From the NCBI GenBank assembly GCA_951406725.2, contig OX597823.1:38564001-38628000 (forward strand): DNA of 64,000 nucleotides, given 5' to 3'. Shown here piece after piece: positions 35,797 through 48,072 of this stretch; the first letter of the stretch is position 1, and every line of letters begins with the position of its first letter. Under the pieces are notes generated by a model that saw only the letters and a program-made list of their open reading frames with translations, made no database searches and had not been told where the DNA came from. This stretch comes from Octopus vulgaris (taxonomy: Eukaryota). Position numbers and translations under genes: made by a program.

Positions 35797-37633
35797 GTAA
35801 GTTCTAAAAGCATTATGTAAATACATACACCCAGGACCCACACCAAATATGCCCCTATTAAGCCATCCCTATCTTCTTATCTCCTTATTACTCATCCCTC
35901 CATTACTCTTCTAACTACTGTATTATTCTGCAACTGTAAATGAGATCAGAACCTTTTTGTTCTACCACTATCTCTTCTCCCATCACCCCTATATAATCTC
36001 TGTTCACCCCTATATAATCTCTGACCTTCTCCACCCTTGTCACTATATGCCACTTCCCCTCCCAACTCATATTCACCATTGACCACTCCCCTTTTGTTCA
36101 CCATCCATTACATTCAATCCTACCTCAATCTCTAACCATTTTTCACTCTCCTCCCTCACTCACAGGAGTGGGGGAGGAGGAGAGTGAGAGATGATTAGAA
36201 ATGGGGTTCTGGTGAATGTCCCTACTGTTCTTCTGTCTCCATTCTGTCTTCTATTCACTGCTTTGCACCTTGAGGGTATACTTTGACACTTTATCTCTCT
36301 TTCTAGTGCTATCCCAATTATTCCCATCCTTATAAAATACAGGGTAGCCATATATATTTTACCTTCAGCAGCAAATATCTTCCTGTCCCTCTACCATAAT
36401 TTAATCCCTCAACACCCAACATAAAGTCACCTCCCTCTCTACTACACTTCCATTTAACCAAGAAGATATTTTAGCCTTGCAAGCTACATGACGACTTCAC
36501 TAGTCCTGGTGTCACAAAAGAAACATCCTGTGCACACTGTGAAATGGTTGGCATTAGGAATGGCATTCAACTTTAGAAACCATGCCAAAGCAGACATTAG
36601 AGCTTGATGCTGTCCTCTACCTCATCAAATCCTGCCGAATAGCCAGCAATAAAGATGAATACTAAATGATGATGAGAGTATGTGTGTGTCACTTAGAGGT
36701 CTTCAATAGCACTGAGAAATGAGTAGAAGCATTCAGTCCTAATAAACAATTAATTTCTTTATTCTAGTTCTGATGACATCTAATATCCTATCAATATTTC
36801 ATCTTAACAGACCAACTTTTATTATATTTTTTTTTATTATTTTAGTGAAATATACTATCTTTGATGAAATGCCTTTTATCTTTTAGATATTTTCCCAATA
36901 ATAAAATTGTGCTACAATGTTTAGTAAGGTATACAATAGTTCCAAAAGTTTTAATTTCCAGTATTTACTGAGTAGCTGCAGATTTCTTTCAATGGAAGTG
37001 TCATAAACAAAGAAAATAATGAATCTATGCCAGGACTCCAGCTTTTTTTTTTTATTATGTTTATTTCTTTTTCTCTCAGACTGGAAAAAGAATATTTCTT
37101 TACTACTAAAAAAACAATGATACTTTATAAAATTAATCAATTGAACCATGATTTGGTTTAATTGCTTTGAGATCATAAACCATGTTGGTCATCCAATCCC
37201 AGTGTAAGAATGTTGTTCCACTACTTAAACGATGGCAGCTTGATTGAAACAAAAAAAAAAATACAACAGAAAGACATGAAACAATAGTTTAGAAGTTTGG
37301 GATAGCCTCAACAGGCTAAAACATTATTGCCAAAATTAGGTAAACCTATTGGAAATAAATAATTTGCAAGAAACGATTTGCTTTATTGACTTTTTTTGTT
37401 GATTTAAATATTGAATGGTTATTGCTTTGTCTTCTGTTATAAGTAATTATTGTTTTTGGAATAACAGCTTACAATAATGTTTCTCACCATCATGTAACTG
37501 GATTATACACTGTAACTTTATTATAGTGCCACTCTACTTACCATTATGAATTTTATTGTTGGATCAAATACTTTACTTCTTCTATGCCACCTTAGGGGGG
37601 TTTTACATCAAACTACAATTTCTTTTGAAAGCT

Positions 37634-38883
37634 ATAAGGTTGGAAGGAAATTCTGTTGCATAATAGGAAAGAAACAAATGCTTCTTTGGTATTAGTTGAG
37701 ATATTTAATCAAGATAACATTTCTACTCATTATTGATAACATAATCCCATCTATTTGGCAAATTTTTAACAACTGGGCATAAAATTCTTCAGGTTTCGAA
37801 GCAAAGAAACACTCAATACTATTTTTAACCTCTTCACACTTAATGAACAGTTTTCCCTCTAAAAAATGTTGCAATGATCTGAAAAGATGATAGTCAGTTA
37901 GAGCAAGATCAGGAGTGTAGGAGGATGAGGCAAAAGTTCCATATTTATAGTCATAATCTTTTCCTGGTTGACTTGGGTAATATATTGTCTTGTATTATCC
38001 TATAAGAGCAACATTCCTTTACGATTGACCAGTAATGGGTGTATATTCTGCAAATGTTTGTACAATGCTTTCAACAATACTTTGCATTAAGTATTTTGTT
38101 TTGGTTTAACACTTCAAGATAGATGACACTCTTCATATCCCACAAACACTGAGCATAACTTTCTTCATGTATAGTACTGGTTTTGAGATGGATTCTTATT
38201 TTTCATTAGGTGCTAACCATTGTTGTTTTTGTTGAATATGATTATAAAAACCTTACTTTTCATCTTTTGTGATGATTTTGTCCAGGAAAGGTTTAGTAGC
38301 AAGTCTACTGTTCAATGACAATCTGAAGGCTACTCTTTGATTAAGCCGAGAAGCAGTCAGCTTATTAGACCCACTTAGTAAATTTAAACATTTTTCCTTG
38401 TTCATGAAGGTGTTTCTATGACTGAAGTGTGACTTGAATTGAACTGTTTTGCAAATTGTTGTATGCTTTGGATTTTCCTCAACTACAATTTTCAGAAGCT
38501 GAATATTAATCGAACTTATTTGTCAAGATAAGGAAGATTCTGTGAGAGGAAAATTTCCCAAGCAAAACTGGTCATACCATTGTTGACATATTCAGACATT
38601 TTAAGCTTCATATAAAAAAAAATAGAACAAATATTTTTTGCTTCTTCCATTGCTGAAGAGTTCGTTTTGAATTTAGACAGCATGCTGTGTCTGATTTGGA
38701 TCTGGTCTAAACTCATTTTAAAAGAGTAAAATTGATATGAATCTAACTACTATGGTAATCTGCAAAGAAAGAAAAACATTAGAATGTAAAAAACAAATGT
38801 GTATTTTACTGTAAATATTGAATTGAAAGAGTAACTCAAAGCGATTTGTGTCAAAAATCTAAGAGGATTTTCTTTCCATCCTA
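37634..38883 (-). mobile_element. mariner transposon, degenerate
   Basis: TIR-like aggttggaaggaaattc / gattttctttccatcct; minus-strand YTPDLALTDYHLFRSLQHFLEGK and IRHSMLSKFK. Confidence 0.82.
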
Positions 38884-40585
38884 ATACATATGATTAAATA
38901 TCTCATTATTTAGTCACTTGACCTGCAAGAAATAAGAGCTATGTTTCCCTCAAATCACCCCTACCATCTTAAAAAAGGATATTGCACAAATTAGGCTGGG
39001 GTACAGTATTACGTGAACAAAAAAAAAAACAATTACTGGATGGTCGCAGTGGAACATCTTTGATCATAAGAAGTCCATTCAATCAGAGTTAACTTGGAAC
39101 TAACCATCACCAACAATATTGCCTACCTCTAAATTCATACATTAATGTTTTCTCCTGAAACAACTTGGGCTATATTTCTCTTATCTCACATTATTAGTCA
39201 TGGTCTTAGGATGTAATGTATTGGTGTGTTGGATGGGAACAACTACCTCTACACATTTATGGATCTAATAAACAATCTCATAAGCAAAGGAGATTGAAAT
39301 ATTTTCTCCTCAGATAAGCGCAGGAACATTCAATGTAAAAGGTTAGACAAGGTAAGTGTGTCTTAGTTTAGTAAGAACTATTATCCTTGGGATTCATTTT
39401 GACATAGAAACATGTTTGGGAGGTTATCCAGTCACAAAATCTCAGTTCCACAAAATCTCAAATGTATGCAGAATATAGCTGAATGGTTAAGAAATTTGTC
39501 TCACAACCAGGAAGTTCCAAGTTCAAGCCTACTGTATGGCATCTTGGATAAATGTCCTTTTCTATGGCATTTCTATGGATTGACCTCTACCTTATGAATA
39601 AAACTGAACAGACAGAAACTGTATAAAGGCCTTTCAGGTTGATTGTATCTGTAATTCAAATGTACAGCCTTGTCACTAGTGCAGCTCTGATTCTGTGTGA
39701 GATTTACCTTAAGGGTACATTAGTCTGTGCAATACTCTTAGCAACTTATGCTTTAATTCAGGAGCAGATAATTCAGTTAATTAAATGAGTGACTCTTCGT
39801 TGAAGGAGATCTACCTCTACCCTGATGCCAACTACCATCACAACAGTCCAATGATGTCTACATCTGTTATGTATAGAACAATACAGAAAACTGCAGTTAG
39901 TGTATTTATAAAATTAATTAAACACTTTGTTTTCAGGAGATTTATATTTGCAAAATTGTTTTGTTAGATGAAATTAAAAAAAAGAAAAACAGTTTTTTAC
40001 CTGTTATCTTTCTGATGATGTTATATTTAAAATTTAAAACAATGACATCTTACTCTCTTAATTCTTTTTCTTTCAAAACTATTAACTTAGAGCCATTGAA
40101 ATCTTGTTTATAACAAGAACTTGGTCTCTATTTTCCACTTAAATCAGATTTTTCAAAAATATAATCTTTTCTACTCTAGGCACAAGGCCTGAAATTTTGA
40201 GGGAGGGGGCCAGTCAATTAAATCAAACCCAGTACACAACTGGTACTTAATTTATGGACCCTGAAAGGATGAAAGGCAAAGTCAACCTTGACGGAATTTG
40301 AATTCAGACGAAATACCGCTAAGCATTTTGCCCGGCATTCTAACGTTTCTACCAGCTTGCCACCTTTTTTCAAAAATATACGTAGCAACAACTGCAGTTC
40401 TGTTAGCATCTAAGATGTTGAAAATCTTAACAAGAAAAAAAAGATTTATTTGTTATCATAAATTGAATAAGGACTAAATATCGGTTATACTCAAACCACC
40501 CATGGTTTTCTCATCTCTTACAACTTTATTGGGTGGATAAATTCATTGGAAAACTTTCTATCATTGTTAGTTTTGGCAAAGTTAT

Positions 40586-40599
40586 ATTACCATGGCAAC
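40586..40599. promoter_or_regulatory. Candidate RFX X-box ATTACCATGGCAAC
   Basis: Fits the X-box consensus RTHNYY-WT-RRNRAC; about 4 kb upstream of IFT46. Confidence 0.4.
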
Positions 40600-40930
40600 C
40601 TAATAATCTAGCAGCATCACTAACTGTAACCAAAGAATTAGGATTTTAAAGTTTCTGGAAATTCATTGAAGCAACATCTCACACAATTCCTGTTTTTTTT
40701 TTTTTTTCCATCAAAGACACCTGAGACTCATTCTTCACATAAAAGTATTTACACCATTCTTTTTACACCTAATTTACAGCCTTTCAATACAACCACAATC
40801 CTGAACATTTAACAATCATTACTTGTTTTCGATAAGAACATCACCAGAATGAATTAACCTAATTTTTATTGAATATTTGTAAATCTTTCCCTCCCTAACT
40901 TAGACAGGTCTGTAATCAAAAAATTATTTC

Positions 40931-43324
40931 ACATTCATTGGGTGAAAATGATCAATTTTTACCTGATGATTTCAAAAATTACAAAGAAATCATCCTATCA
41001 TGCACAACTTCTTCACAAGATCAATCATTGCATTTTACCATTATGCCCGAATTTGACTATTGATTTTTTTATTATTACTATTAATTGTCATATTTAAATA
41101 AACTATAATAGTATAACTAATAGACATAATTTTAAAAAATAAGCAACTGGCAATATTTAGACTGCTTCAGCTACACTGAGATCTGTGTGAATCACTAGCT
41201 TCAATCAACTGCAAACTGATGAGAGAAAGCCATGCTTTTTACAAGATCACATTGCTTAGGTTATGGAAACATGGAATTTGTCAAAAAAATCTTACATGGC
41301 TACTTCTGTGTAAAACAGGAGACCAAGATAAGTGAGCTCATAAGGTCTGCTAAATTTGTGTTGAAGAACTGAGACAATGAGCAAAATGTACAAAAAAGTT
41401 TTTTTTTGTTTTGGGGTTCTAATTATATGGAGAGAGCCTAGAAAATCACAGTAATGTGATGACAGTTACTTTTGTTAATGTGAAGGGACACAATTCAAAG
41501 GTCCCGGTCTTAAATCCAAGAATCTTTTAGCTCCTCATGCATCATTCTATTGATATCATAACCACGAAAAAAAGAATTTGTTCCTTATTTGCTCAAGAAA
41601 ATGATTTGGTTTATTATCCTTTATTTTCTACTTGTTTCAGTCATTAGATTGCAACCATACTGGGGCATCACCTTGAAGAATTTTTAGTTGACTGAATCGA
41701 CCCCCAGTACTTAATTTTTTTAAGCCTTACTTATTCTATTGGTCTCTTTTGCCAAACCACTAAGTTACAGGGATGTAAACAAACCAACACTGGTTGTCAA
41801 GTGGTGGTGGTGGTGATGAGACACACACACACACACGATGAGCTTCTTCCAGCTTCCATCTACCAACTCCGCTCACAAAACTTTGGTTGCCCCAAAGCTA
41901 TAGTAGAAGACACTTGCTGAAGGTGCCATGTAGCAGGACCGAACCTGGAACCATGTGGCTAGGAAGCAAGCTTCTTAGCAAACAGCCATGCCTGCACCTG
42001 TTGTACAGATCCATCAGGACTAATAGGAAAGTTTGACAAGTTACAGCCCCGATGAATGGAAACTCTTTATTGACTCTTCAAAGAGGTGTTTTAAAGCTGT
42101 TCCACTACATAATGATAATAAATATGCTTCCGTCCCTGTTGGTGATCATGAAGGAAACATGAAAATTTAGTTTCACTCTGAATCAAGATTAAATACAAGG
42201 ATCACAACTGGATGATTTGCAATGACTTGAAAATAATTTGTGTTGCTGGGCAACAGTTAGGCTACACAAAATTTCCTTGTTTCTTGTGTGAATGGGGTAG
42301 TAGATCCAGGAACCTCCATTGGTTGAAAAAGAATAGCCAAGTAGGTATATGCTTATGCCAGGAACAAAGAATATCCTTCAAGAAAGTATGGTTGATCTAA
42401 GAAGGGTTCTTTTGTCTCCTCTTGGGTCTCATGAAGCAATTGATCAAAGATTTGCCTCAAGATGGAGAGGGCTTCAAGTACTGAGCAAGTTTCCTGCTTT
42501 AATCAGGTGCTATGGTTGAAGAGGATATATTTGTAGGCCCAAATATAAAGAATCTCATCAAAGACGAACATTTTGAAAACTCTCTTAGTGATTCAGAAAA
42601 AGATGCAAGGATTAGTTTTAAAGATGTAATGAAGAACATCTTAGGTAATCACAAGGATCCAAACTACAAAGACGTAGTGGGAAGAATGCTGGGAAAAGTT
42701 CAAAGCCTTAGGATGTAAAATGAGTATTAACCATTTTGATACCAACCCACCTGAAACAAACTCTGGCTTTATACTACAAATATGTTGTTTTCAAAAGTTC
42801 TGAGTTAAAATCTTCCCCTAAACCTTAGTCACAATTTATGTTCCTAGCACTAGTTTAATGATAACTAAGTTATTTTACTAAATTCTTTGTTATATTTAAA
42901 ATTTATTGAAAGAAACACAGAGCATCTCAACAGAAATATGGTAACAAAAAGATTAAAGTTCATTTCCTACATGCCCATTTGGATTTCTTTCTGGAAAATC
43001 TTGGAGATGTGAGTAAGGATTTTGAGGTGCTGAATCTAAAAAACGAACACACCATTTGACAAATCTATTTTCTCACCTTTCAATTGCATTTGTGCCTTTA
43101 TATTTTGCTAAATAAGGTATCAAATTCATCTTTATTACTTTCATTTTGTCCTATCAATGTGGATTTACCTACAAATTATGATATATTTTATCATAAATTG
43201 ATAGAAAACCTTAGGTAAAAGTGAAGAGCATTTTTGATATTTCCAGTCAGCACCACAAAAATGTATAAAGTAACATTGAATTATCAAAACAATTTTCAAA
43301 ATGTCCCATTTTGCAAACCCATGT
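40931..43324 (+). mobile_element. Chapaev3-like (CMC) DNA transposon relic, with a nested SINE (41617-42000) and a TTAA MITE (about 42727-42956)
   Basis: GDQDK…HKVC..CVEELRQ, IWREP.NH, ICNDLKI…GQQLGYTKFPCFLCEW, IFVGPNIK…SFKDV..NILGN, and LGCKMSIK|VHFLHAHLDFF split by the MITE. Superfamily assignment is from recalled motifs. Confidence 0.7.
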
Positions 43325-43329
43325 CATCA

Positions 43330-44260
43330 AAAGATTTCAGTTAATCCCTTAAAAAATTACTGAATGTCTAACCAAATCCCTCTCTAACTACAAAGCATCT
43401 ATTTCTTTAAAAACAAAATGTAGATCTACAACTTCCAAAACAGGGTGTCATCCTGATTTACCCCATCAATTTCCTATTTCACAACTAATTTTCCCATTGC
43501 AAGTATTCATCCTGTCTTCCTTTTATTTCACTCCTGTTGTCTTTATCCATAAGAATGATTCTGATGGAAACATGGAATACTCCACTTGCCACTGCAATTT
43601 TGCAGTACTTTTTCTGTTGTTTGTTTTCAATAAGTCTCATTGATGCAGACCACCATCAGTTACATGCTGTTCATGTTTAGAAGGGAGGGCCAATATTTTC
43701 CCGTTATGTATAGTGATTGTATATTTTTTTGCTGTTGAAGGAGACAACATTGACTCCATTGGATTCATGCCTGTCATTAAAGGGGACGCACTTGATGGCA
43801 CTACTCCCTCACTATTCAATGGTGCACCCTCAGTTTACAAAAATCTTCCTGCAGTACAAATTAGTGCCCACCCAGAATATTCTGAAGCACCCCCTAACAC
43901 TAAAGTCTAGTGATGGGCATGATTGGACTGTCAAGGTCTTTGTTCATAGGAGTGGTAGAGTGAGGTGGAGAAGGTTAGGGAGGTGCCATCTGTATAAAAG
44001 TAAGCATTGTTGGAGATGATGGCCAATAAGTTGATTTTGCTTAGAAGAAAAAGTGTTAGGAACAAGACCAAATCTTGTGGTAACCCCCAGTTTCACGTGG
44101 ATCAGAAAGGGTTCCAATTGCACATCTTCAAACGTCTGATCTGACAAGAAGTCATCAATTCAAGAAAAAAGAGACAAATGTAAGTGATGGGTGGGCAGTG
44201 TTTTCAGATTTATTTGTTAAACATAGCCTTGTTGTTGCTTTTGAAATTAGCAAATCCGAC
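43330..44260 (-). mobile_element. Highly degraded Jockey/CR1-like LINE RT fragment
   Basis: Minus strand GLPQDLVLFLTLFLL…LLAIISNNAYFYTDGTSL resembles GVPQGSVLxPxLFL…YADD; NVVSFN.KK follows. Confidence 0.6.
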
Positions 44261-44289
44261 AATCATCAAATATATTGAGGATGAGACCC

Positions 44290-44498
44290 ATTGATGAGTG
44301 ACGTAAGTGAATGTATAAATTGATGGTAGCAGGAAAACATGCAGTGAGAAGAATTTCTGAGCGTCAACGTCAGACGAAAAAGGACGTAATATAACAATGA
44401 TCCGTCGTTAAACTGTACTGATAGGAGGATATTGTGCACGTTTGAACTGATTAATTAACCAATGGTAGGAGTTAACACATATACGCTATTGGATAAGA

Positions 44499-44532
<34 letters not shown>

Positions 44533-44607
44533 GAAACCGTAAGAAAGAGAAGGAGAATAGATTTTGACAGTTTTTGAGAGTTAGCTCCCTTATAAGAAAT
44601 TACTAAT
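44290..44607 (+). promoter_or_regulatory. Probable IFT46 promoter and 5' UTR
   Basis: Local CpG enrichment; CRE-like TGACGTAA (about 44299), CGTCA half sites, CCAAT (44459) and ATTGG (44488), and (GA)n at 44502-44528, just before the first coding exon. Confidence 0.55.
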
Positions 44608-44649
44608 ATGGCGCTTCCTCCCAAACTTGATACTTCGGCTGCTACTAAG
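44608..44649 (+). CDS. IFT46: IFT46 probable first coding exon MALPPKLDTSAATK
   Basis: aatATGg context in a CpG-enriched promoter-like region; AAG|gtaaat donor, phase 0, matching the next exon. Confidence 0.7.
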
Positions 44650-47600
44650 GTAAATAGTCCTTATAATATATTATTATAATTTACAAACTATTGCAACTTC
44701 GCTACATCGTACAATACCTTCGTTATTTATTTCGGGAAAAAAATCTGAAAATTTACCTTTATTTCAACTCGAAATTGTTCTGTTTTATTTTATACTTAAC
44801 TTTTCTTGTAGTTAACTCCGAAGTATCTAATGTCAACAAAGTTGTTGCTATCTTCAGAAAATATAGGGCAACATTAAATCTACGCTTATATACACACACA
44901 CACATATATATAAGTACATACATACATAGTATTAATAAAATAAATGGAATAAAAGCTTTTATTTAGTACGACACATGTTTCAACTTATATATTTTGTATA
45001 ATTGGCAAGACTTCCTTTTGTACTCCACCCACGCAAAAAAAACCCTTTCCATATATATGAAAACAGTTGTATTGTAACTTTTTGTATTATGCGTTACTAA
45101 TATACACCAGGACAATGCGGCGAGCTGGCAGAATCATTAACGCTCCAGACATAATAACTAGATGAAATTCCGCAGAGGCCTACTTTGCCTTTCATTCTTT
45201 CGGGATCGATAAACCAAGTACCAGTTGATCACTGTTGTCGATGTAATCGACTTACACCCACCCGGAAATTGCTGGCCTTGCACCAAAATTTGAAACCAGT
45301 ATACACTAAGACATACAGGGTGGGGAAGCAAAACTTGCAAAATTGCTGTAACATTTGAAACTTTCTCATTGCACGTCAATAGGTTTGGTAATTAAAAAAT
45401 AGGTTAATAACATTCACATATAAATACAAAGCGAATAATTTATTCTATGTGGCTTGCAATGATGGCCTCCACACAGTCTTGGAACCCTGGTCAACTCACT
45501 GAACATCCTCATAGGCATTGCAGCCTTCAGAGAATTGATGTTCGGGTGGCAGGTTTTGTAGATGGCATATCAAAAATGCCCCACATGACATAGTCCAGAG
45601 GATTGAGATCTGGGTTAGAAGTGGGCCAGAAAGTAGCAAAGTTGGATTTGTAGAAATTCTGTACCTTCTTAGCGGTATGGCTGGGAGCGCCATTCTGGGT
45701 CTACACGTAGTTAACCTGTTGATAAGAGATTAAAAGTATAGAGGAATAGAGATAGGTGTCTAGCTGTAGAGGAGATACATGGATACACCAGTTGGAAAAG
45801 AAAGGAAAGGAGAATGATTTAGAGAGTAAGACAAAGAGGGTGGGTGAGTCAGAGTAAGATTGAAAGTGCAGAAGAGATGGTGGCAGTGATGTGCTGGGAC
45901 ATGCTGTCAAGGGACAGAGGGGATGATGAGAATAGATGAGGTGATACAGAGGTTTGGACTGGATGAGTAGGCAGGTGGATAGAAATAACAGTAGCAAGTG
46001 ATGGAGAGATATATAAGAGTGACTTGGGGGCATGGGTTGCAATAGATTGTGAAGTGAAGGCAATAAGTGAGGTGTTGATGATAAAGAAGGCACAGGCAAG
46101 TGGTGATTGGTAGAGGCAGCATGCAGGGGAAAATATGTAGTTGGGGTGGGAGAAAGAAATGGAAGTGGTTGGGGTTAGGAGAAGGTAACCCACATCTACC
46201 AAAATATTGCTGTCAGCAAGAGTAATATCAACTTATAGCTACCAAAATATTGTTGTCAGCTGCAACAATGTAACTGAAAAGGCTAAGTTTATGTTGATGG
46301 TAGTGAGGCTTACTGAACCGAGAGAATGGTAGTGAAATCAATAACTTCTGAGAACATTAATGTTAATAGTGCTGTTGTTGTGTAACCCTTTAGCATTCAA
46401 ACTGGCCATATCCGGCCGTAATATTTAATCTGTTTTATATTGAAACTGACCAGATCTCGCCTCTCACCTCAGCCCTACCATGTCATTCTAAAACTAAAAA
46501 AATCACATCACTGAAATCTCTAAATTACAAGATAATGCATGATTAATTCAAACCATTTTAAATAAACAAACATCACATTTGACAGAATAATCTGAACACT
46601 AAAGGGTTAACCTAAGGCCTGCTCTGATCAAGTAATCATAGGATCAAAGTTGTTCTACCTGTGAAGATCCAACCTCTTTTAAGACATGCTCTATATACTA
46701 CAGAAACTGAAAGATTCTAGCAAATCACACCAAAATCTGCCAAATAGCGCTTTATTTAGAAACTATATAATAGCTATATCCTTTACAGTTACTATATATA
46801 GGTAGTATAAAAATGAAAAGTGTTTGTGAGTATGTCACTAAAAATTTCCTGGTGCATCCTAGAGAAAAACAGATTTGATTTTCAAAATCCGTATCTTAAG
46901 GAGAGAGTTTTTGGTTAATAGTAATCAAAAACTATAATTTGCTATGAGAAATAACTCAACAACCATATCGTCAACATTGAATTTTTTAGAAGCTACCATC
47001 TTAAACTCATATTTACCTGGGTATGTGTACATTGGTATATATATATGTGTGTGCATGTGTTGCATCTTATAGCTGTCTGTCTATCTACCTCTCTCTATCG
47101 GTCTCTCTCTGTCTTTTACATTTTTCCTTTCTTTATATATATTTACCACACTCCCTCTCTGTATATGTATATCTGTCATGCATGATTTCTCTCTCTCTCT
47201 CTTGATATGACATGAAATACAAATCACTCACAGGAGATGAGTGTGTCTGTCTATGTACTTCTGTCTATTTCCGTACTTGTCTCTCCCTCTGTCTTTTACA
47301 TTTTTGTCATTGTAAACTTCCACCGCTCTCTATATTTACCACACACTCTCTCTCTCTCTCTCACCCTTTCTCTGTATATGTATATCTCTCACACTGAATG
47401 TGTGTATGTTTGTATATGTATGTATGTCAGTGTGTGTGTATGCATGTGCATATGAATTTCATTAAGGTGACAGAGTTGAAAAACTCTCACAAAGCATCAG
47501 CAGTGAGCTTAGGAGACACCTGAATAGAGAAGGAATAGACTTGATAATATGCAAACATAGACTTCTGTCGTATGGTCTCAGGAGATACCTGAACATAGGA

Positions 47601-48041
47601 TCCATTGATTAGATGATAAACACACAAGAACCTGCATCGCACAGATTCAGGAAGTGATGGCCCATTTCAATTCAGACAACTTCAATTTCCTGTGAGTCTT
47701 AGTTTTGTCTCAGCTGTCAACAAATCGCAAGGGCAAAACATTTTTGGTTGCTGGTTGATACCTTGAAGAGCCCTGCTTCACCCATGCTCAACTTTACATA
47801 GCAGGAAGTAAGAAAGATCTTTACATCTATGCACCAAATGGAAAAGCAAAAAACTTTGTTTGTTGGAACCTTATAAATACCAAATAATGCGCAGAAATTT
47901 GTCCTGATCAACAGGCTTATCCATTGGAGAAAACATGGTTTGACAAGGAATAGAAATAACTGAAATAAAGGAATTTTATTGTGAAAATTGCTCCGCAATG
48001 ACACGCTAGTGTGAGTGTGTGTGTATATATATATATATATA

Positions 48042-48072
<31 letters not shown>

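Noticed and set aside
35197-35846. Long ORFs of 214 and 183 aa rich in Y/I/H/T
   Set aside because: These are translations of (AT)n/(GT)n satellite. The same applies to ORFs at 4319-4807 and 10816-11160.
43637-44147. Possible divergent gene sharing the IFT46 promoter
   Set aside because: The minus-strand frames contain stops and resolve as a decayed LINE RT (GLPQ…YTDG); no splice structure.
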